The position numbers were made by a program, and so were the translations under genes. Positions 29,368-35,803 of a stretch of DNA of 35,803 bases are shown here, piece by piece; positions within the stretch are counted from its first letter, which is position 1, and every line of letters begins with the position of its first letter. The stretch lies in sequence record SRR20825014_190. One strand, given 5' to 3'. The notes below the pieces were generated by a model that made no database searches, was not told the origin of the DNA, and saw only the letters and a list, made by a program, of their open reading frames with translations.

Positions 29368-29928
29368 TTATGTAGAGCGTGTGTTAATAGCGTTTTGTTT
29401 CGCCTTCTCTGCTGCCCTCTTTGATGTTACCCCTGATAGTAGTAATCTACGCTTCCTACGTGTCACAGCCAACTCCCTCTCCGCTATCGTCTCGATCTTG
29501 TATGTAACAGTATCGGGAATACCAAGCTGCTTACCCACATTGTATACATGGTCTCTCTCCTTTGGGGCATATACTCCATCGGCAAATGCTGCCCGGACGG
29601 CATCGTATAGCAACACCCTGGCCAACACGGGGGAGGTCAGCATGGTGCCGCTGATGAAGGAGGATGGGGCGATGGGGGCAGGGCTGTTGGCGGCGTAGTT
29701 CTCAACAAACGTCATTATGTCTGAATCCATCTTAGGGAGTAGTACCTCGATGTGGCCCTGGATCTGCCTCTTCTCATGCACATCTAACGTATCCGCCCCT
29801 GCGATGTACAGCATTGCCTTGAGGTAGATGTATGGGTAGTCGAAGTTGGCAATACTGGGGGCAAACTTCCAACCATACATTTGTCGGTTTAACCAACCCG
29901 TGGCGATGCATTGTACAAATTGCTTCAT
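29368..29928 (-). CDS. TerB-like (tellurite-resistance fold) protein
   Basis: 186 aa; twin motifs YLKAMLYIAGAD..DVHEK and LYDAVRAAFADGVYAPKERDHVYNVGKQLGI. Confidence 0.8.
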   Translation of the reverse strand: MKQFVQCIATGWLNRQMYGWKFAPSIANFDYPYIYLKAMLYIAGADTLDVHEKRQIQGHIEVLLPKMDSDIMTFVENYAANSPAPIAPSSFISGTMLTSPVLARVLLYDAVRAAFADGVYAPKERDHVYNVGKQLGIPDTVTYKIETIAERELAVTRRKRRLLLSGVTSKRAAEKAKQNAINTRST

Positions 29929-30007
29929 GTGTTAGATGTGGAGATTGAGCTGCTATTTTATAAGGTAGTTAGTTTTGTTGAATTGAAAAGTGACGAACTA
30001 ATAGTTA

Positions 30008-30030
30008 GAAAGAAGGGAAGGGAGAAGAGG
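30008..30030 (-). promoter_or_regulatory. Polypyrimidine tract upstream of the TerB-like gene
   Basis: Minus strand CCTCTTCTCCCTTCCCTTCTTTC, 80-100 nt upstream of ATG 29928. Confidence 0.55.
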
Positions 30031-30069
30031 GTGATACCAATGTATTTCATTGAACGAATACTAACAGCA

Positions 30070-30182
30070 CACCGCAACCACAGCCTCCCTTGAACTACTC
30101 ACATACACAACAACGGCACATATTGTGGGATAATGTGCGTATATTGATAGGGGTAGTTCAGGGCTGTGATGATGTTGCGGTG
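30070..30182. repeat. Long imperfect inverted repeat (113-nt stem-loop)
   Basis: Nested complementary pairs CACCGCAAC(30070-78)/GTTGCGGTG(30174-82), CACAGCC(30079-85)/GGCTGTG(30162-68), TGAACTAC(30091-98)/GTAGTTCA(30153-60), GCACAT(30116-21)/ATGTGC(30133-38). Confidence 0.85.
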
Positions 30183-31384
30183 GGAACAATACATTCATCA
30201 ATTTGTGATAAGATGGATTAAGGCTACAAAGCAGGGTAAAACCACCTTATTGGCCAGAAGCAGGGTACACTAAACCTTGAAGAGAGAGACGTCAAAAAGA
30301 AGGAGAATGGTAGCTTGAACGCTCGAACCGCCGCGCATTGCCGTCGGGGAAGTGTAGCGTAGAACACGAACTTGCAACATACGTAGAAACACGTAAATTG
30401 GTGTCGCGAAATTGGCTAAATTATGTCTGGAAGGTGAGGTTTGAGGCGCGAATACATGGGGGAAGCACTTACGGGTGTGTGTGCAGGCGTGGATGTGTGT
30501 GGAGCGTACGAATGTTGATGAAGAAGAGGAGGTTTCCCTAAAGAACGCAGCGGCTACCGTGACAAGCTCCCTTCTCGTCACAAGCCACAGTACACGTCCT
30601 AAACCACCCAAAATCAGCGCGCCACTGCGAATTATATAAATTCAGCAGCGCGCCGTGTCGTACGCCCGAAAAATGTGACCTGATTTGTTATATTTATAGT
30701 CAACAGGTCTCCATCGGCTCACACCACAAGCACTTCCGGCCCCTCGCAGCCAAAGGCACGTCTCTTTTACAACCTTGCCCAAACCGCAGGGATCACCATA
30801 CTCCAACAAAAGTCCTAACAGCAACGCCTTGCGCCATATGTCGACGGACAACAAAGGCAGCACGTTGGGGCGGCAGTTTCTTCTTTTCGAACACGCACCC
30901 ATTATAATATCTCCTTCTCTGACGAATTGCCAACCTTCTCTCTAATTTTAAATAAATGTAGATTCCCCGGCCACCGGACATAAACGTTAAAACAAATAAA
31001 ACAACCGCACGTTGTTCACACGACAAGCACACATTTTTCGGTCCCCCCATCATCACCACCAAACGCAAACATACATAATGTTGACGAAATGTTGTTGTTG
31101 TGACCCATCATGCGAAGCCACCGTGTAGGGATGGTAAAAGGCATGTAGAGGAGGGTTGGGATGGGTGTGTGTGGATGGGAAACGAAATGTTGGAATAGAG
31201 TAGTAGGAGATGGTATTAGTGGTGGGGGCAGTTTGGTGTTGTATTTACGAGGAGGATTCCTCGACGTATTTTATAAAGATTGATCACCACTAGGTAGTCA
31301 CAATCACCTGGTTACTCTCATGTTATTCCTCCTTGTGGCTTGTTGTTGAAATCAACGTGACATTACTTCGAGGTGAGAGAGATC

Positions 31385-33034
31385 CTACTCCTTGCTCTCC
31401 ACCTTAGCGGCTGCTACGTTGTTGTCCTTGGATTTACCGTCGTTCTTCTTGGAAGCGTTGCCATTGCTGGGGCGGGGGGTGCTCGCACAGGAGCTGGACA
31501 TCGATGAGCTATCACCGTCGCCCTTACCACGGCCCTTGCGAAGCTTCCTGCGGCGGTCCTTCTCGCGCTTGCGCTCACGCTCACGCTCGGACTTCACCTT
31601 CTTCTTAGAAAGTTCTTCGTCCTTAGCCTCTGCGGCCGCCTTGGCTGCTGCCTGCTGCTGATGCTTCATCTCGCGGGTTTCCTTCACTGGGGGCTCCTTG
31701 CCCTTCTTCTTGCCGCCATCGCGCAGGGCCTGGGCATTTGAGACAGGGGTGGTTGGGCCGTCGTCCTGCTTGGAACGGGGAAGGGGGATGGCCTCGGCGG
31801 CAGATCCGGTGGGGCTGACACCGCGGGTTCCGACCTCAGCACGGCGGTTCACCTGTGTAAGTGCAGCTAGGATAGGTTGGCGAACAACCTCGGCAAACTT
31901 GGGGTGTGTAGGAGACAAGTTGAGCATGAGGGGCTCGCATCCTAGACGCTCCATGCAGTGCTGGGCAAGGGTCATATCCTCAGGGCCGACCAAGGTGATA
32001 AGGTTGGTTACCCCTCGGGAAGCAGCAGTGCGAGTAACACAGTTGACATAGTCCTCCCAGTCCTCGTCGGGGACGGACTTCTGAGGGGGATAGAACTGAA
32101 TCACAGCGTTCACATCCAAAAGGTCAATGCCGGTGTACATGTCCATCGCAACCAGAACAGCCGAAGGGGCACCGAGGAACTCGGTGATGGTTGCAAACCG
32201 CTCAGCATTAGTGGCGTTGCGGCGAACCTCCATCGTCTTCCGAGACTTACCGACGTAGTCGCTCAGCTGTCGCACCTCACGGTTGTGGGTCAGAAGCAGC
32301 ACCTTGCTGAACTCCTTAATCTGCAGGAGGCGCTCTACCAGCATCGTGCGGTCCTTCTCACTATTTGCTAGGAGATAGGTGGACACGGGGCCCGATGGGG
32401 TTGTGGCGCGGTAACGACGCTTCTTACGGCCCAGGATGTACCGGAGGGAGGGGTCCACGTCGCAAGGGGGGACGGTCGTCAGGAGGAAGAAGTTGGCCTC
32501 GGGGGACCGCTTGGCAGTCGCGTCGAGGAGTCGCTCCACATCTTCGGGCTTGAACTGGTTAGCCCCCTCCATAATAACGGTGCAGCAACGCTTCATGTCT
32601 GCCTCCCAACGCATAGCAATAGCAAAGGACGTAACGAATATGCATGGGCGGCGGTAATCACTTGGGCGGCGGTTGGTATTGGCGATCTCCACCGCGTCCA
32701 ACCCGTCGATCTTTTGCTTAGACATCTCCTTCAGGAACTTTGTGCGAGAAGCATCATTGGCTGTGATGACGGCCACAAAGGGGAAGTCAATCCCCTCAGA
32801 GTTGAGGACGCAATGCTGTGCAAACATGCTCATGAGGGCATACCGGCCATCGCCGCCCTGCACCTCTGCAAGGACATCCGACATGTCATCACAGGTGCAT
32901 CGCAGAATGTCGCACTGGGCTTGGGTTCCACGGGTCATGTTAGCCTTCTTCAGCGCCGTCACCACCTTCGGGTGCACGCCGAGGTCGTCGAAGGTACTTT
33001 CCTTCTCCGGGAAACGAGTAGAGGGAGAACTCAT
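31385..33034 (-). CDS. Degenerate DEAD-box RNA helicase-like protein (probable pseudo-helicase) with Lys/Arg-rich tail
   Basis: 549 aa; Q-motif region STFDDLGVHPKVVTAL...TQAQ, and eroded motifs I (GGDGRY), II (EGAN), V (VLVAMDMYTGID) and VI (YVNCVTRTAA) at DEAD-box spacing. Confidence 0.8.
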   Translation of the reverse strand: MSSPSTRFPEKESTFDDLGVHPKVVTALKKANMTRGTQAQCDILRCTCDDMSDVLAEVQGGDGRYALMSMFAQHCVLNSEGIDFPFVAVITANDASRTKFLKEMSKQKIDGLDAVEIANTNRRPSDYRRPCIFVTSFAIAMRWEADMKRCCTVIMEGANQFKPEDVERLLDATAKRSPEANFFLLTTVPPCDVDPSLRYILGRKKRRYRATTPSGPVSTYLLANSEKDRTMLVERLLQIKEFSKVLLLTHNREVRQLSDYVGKSRKTMEVRRNATNAERFATITEFLGAPSAVLVAMDMYTGIDLLDVNAVIQFYPPQKSVPDEDWEDYVNCVTRTAASRGVTNLITLVGPEDMTLAQHCMERLGCEPLMLNLSPTHPKFAEVVRQPILAALTQVNRRAEVGTRGVSPTGSAAEAIPLPRSKQDDGPTTPVSNAQALRDGGKKKGKEPPVKETREMKHQQQAAAKAAAEAKDEELSKKKVKSERERERKREKDRRRKLRKGRGKGDGDSSSMSSSCASTPRPSNGNASKKNDGKSKDNNVAAAKVESKE

Positions 33035-33686
33035 CTTCTAATTATCGGAGGGAACGAACTATTTCAACTTAAAATCCAAAAGCCAGTAAATCTCTTTAAA
33101 TCAGCACAATAAAAACAAGGAACTTCTTGCTTTTTTAAAACGCTGTTTGTTTGAGGATTGGGGGTGGGCTTAGGTGGGATTTGGGTGGGAATTGTATAAC
33201 ACTATCGATCGCAGTTGGCAGGTCCCAAGAATTGATTCAGGAGGGCCAGAAAAGCGAAGGGGGTTGGTTGGTGTGTGTTAGATACAATTGGGATTGTAGG
33301 GGGGTGTTTATGACTAAGATCCAAGACGATGATAATACTATTTTAATGTATAAATACAACAAACCTTGACTATAAGTTATGCAGTAGCGTTCTAAAACGT
33401 AATGTGTATATGTGTGCACTGCAAAGTGTTTGGGGTTTGTTGTAAATACTAGTAGTTCGCCTCGAATTGTAGTTGGCACGCTGTTTAACAGGCACCAATC
33501 CTAATCACTACCTATAAAATAGTAAAAATGATAGAAAGAGGGGAATAACAAAATTGAAATATTTGACACAATAATAAAAAATTCGAAGTGGAATGTGAAA
33601 AGCATTCAATTGCGTTAGGGAGGTTTGGAAATAATACAAAATGTGGTGTGTAGTGATGGTCTAATGGTTTGTGGTTGGGTATGCCG

Positions 33687-35803
33687 CTACCGCTTTGAGT
33701 GAGCAGCGGCGAGTGTGAGGAGGTCTTCGAAGGTGAGCACCTTGTGAGCCTTGTTAGCGGATTGGGGTATGGAGGGTCGGAAGGTAGATAGGGCCTTCCT
33801 GAGATCCTCTGAATCTAGCCCCAACGTCTGCCAACACAACCGCACCTGATCCCCCACCAGGACCGTCTCACCCTCTGGACCGCGTCCCTTCTCGGCGAAG
33901 AGGTCGAAGGCAGTGCGGGCATCCCGTTGAAAGGAGGTGACGGCACTAGAGGCGGCATTAAATGTACGGGGCCTTGCAGCAGTGGGACCCTTGGCACTGG
34001 CAGGGGATCCCGTGGGGGCAGGGGAGGAGGAGGGGTAGTCCGAATCGTTCCTTGTGGTGATGTTAGCTAGGGCATTTGTGATATCGACCAGTGCGGGGGG
34101 TGGGGGTACGGAGAGGAGGTGCTCGTAGGAGGCAGGGAGGCTTTGGGCATCGTCATCATCGTCATGGGGAGTAGGTGCCGACTTGGCAATGTTCTTACCG
34201 TGTTGTACAAGTACATCCCTCTTGGCATGCTTGGCCTCCATAAGTCGCATCTCGACCAGGCCCTCGACACGGGTAAGATCGGGGATAGCCCTCGAGGTGG
34301 AGCATCGACGTAGTTCAGAGCTATACACATCGTACTCTAATAGCAACTTCTCCATATCGCCCACCGACGCGGGCATGGAGGCAAACAGTGAGGAGACACT
34401 GTTGAGGGCCGCATGTAGCTCGTCGTGGCTTGCTCGTAGCTTATCACACTCATCCTGCACCATCGCCAACTGGTCGTCCTTTAGTCGCAGTTGGGCCTCG
34501 ACACCCTCCAATGAATCGATCTGCTCGTGTAGGCGGGCAAGGCGGTCACTGAGGGGTCCCGAGGAGTGTAGATCCTGCATCTCAGACAGGGCCATACTCA
34601 TACGCCTCTGAAGCTCCACAGCAGACTGCTTATGTAGGCCCCGCTGCTGTTCCTCTTGACGCAGCTCAGACTGTTGAGCCCTGGCCGATTGTAGCTGGGT
34701 TTTGAGAAGTTGGTTTTGGACCTGGAGGCGATGCCCCTCATGTTTCTCCTCCAACAGCTCTTTTCGAAGGTTAGCAATGTGGGTGTCTCGATCTGATACG
34801 TGGGAAGCGTATTCGGTGACAGCTCCTGCCAGCTCATCGTTCTCATCGGCAGTAGTGTGCTTCAACACATCGTAGGCCTTACTCAATACCTCGTGTTCGT
34901 GGGAGAGGGCCTCGAGCTGTTTAACATAATGGCCAACATGTGAGCCCATTTCCTCCCTCTCACGACGAAGGTCGTAGGCCTCCGCTGTTAGGTCCTGTAG
35001 TTGACCATCCTTGGAGGCAAGGGTTTGCTGCAGTTCCCAAATACGGTGCATAAACTTATCAGTGCTACCCTGCACATCAGATATGACACCCGATGAGTGC
35101 GCCTTCACGGCCGCGATGTGCCCGTTGAGGCGTTGGACCTGCTGCTGAAGCTGCTTGTTCTCTTGAGTGAGGGATACGACTGTTTCGTCGGTGCTGCGAA
35201 TATCTTCGACGAGTCCAGAGGGGTTGTTAGAGTGAATCTCCAACGCTCTCTCAGACTTGATTAGCTTACCGCGTAGCTCGGCCATCTCGTCTTGTAGACC
35301 AGCTACTCGTTGCTCATTGAGCTCCTGTTGGAGTGCCACACTTTGGGCATCAGTTGCGGCATGCACCCCCTTATCCTGCAGGAGGGACAGCAGCCTCTCA
35401 TACTTACCCTTGAGGCCCTCATAGCGTGCCCGGGACGACTCATTGGCCTCCTTGAGCTGCTTGGTAGCCTGCACGGCCTCATTCTTCTCAGCTAGTAGGG
35501 TGCATAGGTGATGAGCCTTTCGTACATCATCCCACCTCTCCTTGTCCTTCGCCCATGCCTCACCGCGACGTTGGAGCTCCCCTCCACCAGAGATCGCCCC
35601 CGTGGACCCAGCCTCCTTGAGCTGCTCGGCCAACTCTTCATAGGAGGGTGCATCTCGCCCATGGTGGTGGTGATGCCTAGAGTGTCGTGTATCGCCGTCG
35701 GACTCGTCGGACATAGACGCCTCCTGCTCGTCAGAGGATGATGTCCCGCTTTGGCCCGAGAAGGTGTATCTGGACCCAACCCCATCCCCCCCCCCCCCCT
35801 TTT
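33687..35803 (-). CDS. Long coiled-coil protein with degenerate EF-hand-like C-terminus; probably 5'-truncated by the window
   Basis: The track ORF starts at 35714 but the frame stays open to the window end (...GDGVGSRYTFSGQSGTSSSDEQEAS-M). Heptad-rich E/L/Q body; C-terminal DARTAFDLF...VLTFEDLLTL. Confidence 0.8.
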   Translation of the reverse strand, partial: KGGGGDGVGSRYTFSGQSGTSSSDEQEASMSDESDGDTRHSRHHHHHGRDAPSYEELAEQLKEAGSTGAISGGGELQRRGEAWAKDKERWDDVRKAHHLCTLLAEKNEAVQATKQLKEANESSRARYEGLKGKYERLLSLLQDKGVHAATDAQSVALQQELNEQRVAGLQDEMAELRGKLIKSERALEIHSNNPSGLVEDIRSTDETVVSLTQENKQLQQQVQRLNGHIAAVKAHSSGVISDVQGSTDKFMHRIWELQQTLASKDGQLQDLTAEAYDLRREREEMGSHVGHYVKQLEALSHEHEVLSKAYDVLKHTTADENDELAGAVTEYASHVSDRDTHIANLRKELLEEKHEGHRLQVQNQLLKTQLQSARAQQSELRQEEQQRGLHKQSAVELQRRMSMALSEMQDLHSSGPLSDRLARLHEQIDSLEGVEAQLRLKDDQLAMVQDECDKLRASHDELHAALNSVSSLFASMPASVGDMEKLLLEYDVYSSELRRCSTSRAIPDLTRVEGLVEMRLMEAKHAKRDVLVQHGKNIAKSAPTPHDDDDDAQSLPASYEHLLSVPPPPALVDITNALANITTRNDSDYPSSSPAPTGSPASAKGPTAARPRTFNAASSAVTSFQRDARTAFDLFAEKGRGPEGETVLVGDQVRLCWQTLGLDSEDLRKALSTFRPSIPQSANKAHKVLTFEDLLTLAAAHSKR

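Noticed and set aside
30229..30267. AAGCAGGGTA direct repeat as a target-site duplication, and loose resemblance to the ingi/L1Tc 5' signature
   Set aside because: The copies are only 29 nt apart with no element between them, and the signature's closing GCCAGGG stem is absent.
30316..30335. GGTTCGA B-box/tRNA T-loop-like motif on the minus strand
   Set aside because: Flanks do not form a T-stem and no cloverleaf can be drawn.
30826..30834. GCGCAAGGC resembling part of U6 snRNA (minus strand)
   Set aside because: Nine-base match only; no ACAGAG box nearby.
30270..31068. ORFs 30270-30611, 30642-30902 and 30793-31068 as genes
   Set aside because: No protein-like motifs, overlapping frames and atypical composition.
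31078..31128. Plus-strand micro-ORF MLTKCCCCDPSCEATV
   Set aside because: The Cys run comes from a (TGT)n microsatellite; no other support.
29930..31384. Telomerase RNA candidate (long non-coding gap in a polycistron)
   Set aside because: No CCCTAACCC template found on either strand.
46..35741. Numerous plus-strand and nested ORFs (e.g. 46-564, 8556-9200, 11990-12637, 15329-16000, 18014-18667)
   Set aside because: They overlap motif-bearing minus-strand genes, lack recognisable motifs and are expected antisense shadows of biased codon usage.

Overview
Eukaryotic, intron-less, gene-dense DNA in which every credible gene lies on the minus strand, separated mostly by short AT-richer spacers with polypyrimidine tracts and AG acceptors. 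This is the layout of a kinetoplastid polycistronic unit; a bodonid-like organism is an inference from gene content. In coordinate order: a 3'-truncated BRCT-domain gene absent from the ORF track, a multi-TM pseudo-cyclase/STE11-like kinase, a low-complexity protein, mitoribosomal mL46, a hypothetical, NDUFAF7, a kinesin-3-like motor, an LRR gene plus a decayed LRR paralogue, a hypothetical, an FCP1-like phosphatase, an SNF2 ATPase, a small membrane protein, a membrane-anchored Fn3-associated-domain protein, a TerB-like protein, a degenerate DEAD-box protein and a probably 5'-truncated coiled-coil protein. The most unusual observations are: (1) no gene ends in TGA and none uses it in frame; (2) a ~1.45 kb non-coding interval with a 113-nt hairpin, a local strand-composition flip and outward-facing splice-acceptor-like tracts; (3) two apparent pseudo-enzyme domains. 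No tRNA, rRNA, CRISPR or recognisable transposon was found. No searches were run; family calls rest on motifs read by eye.
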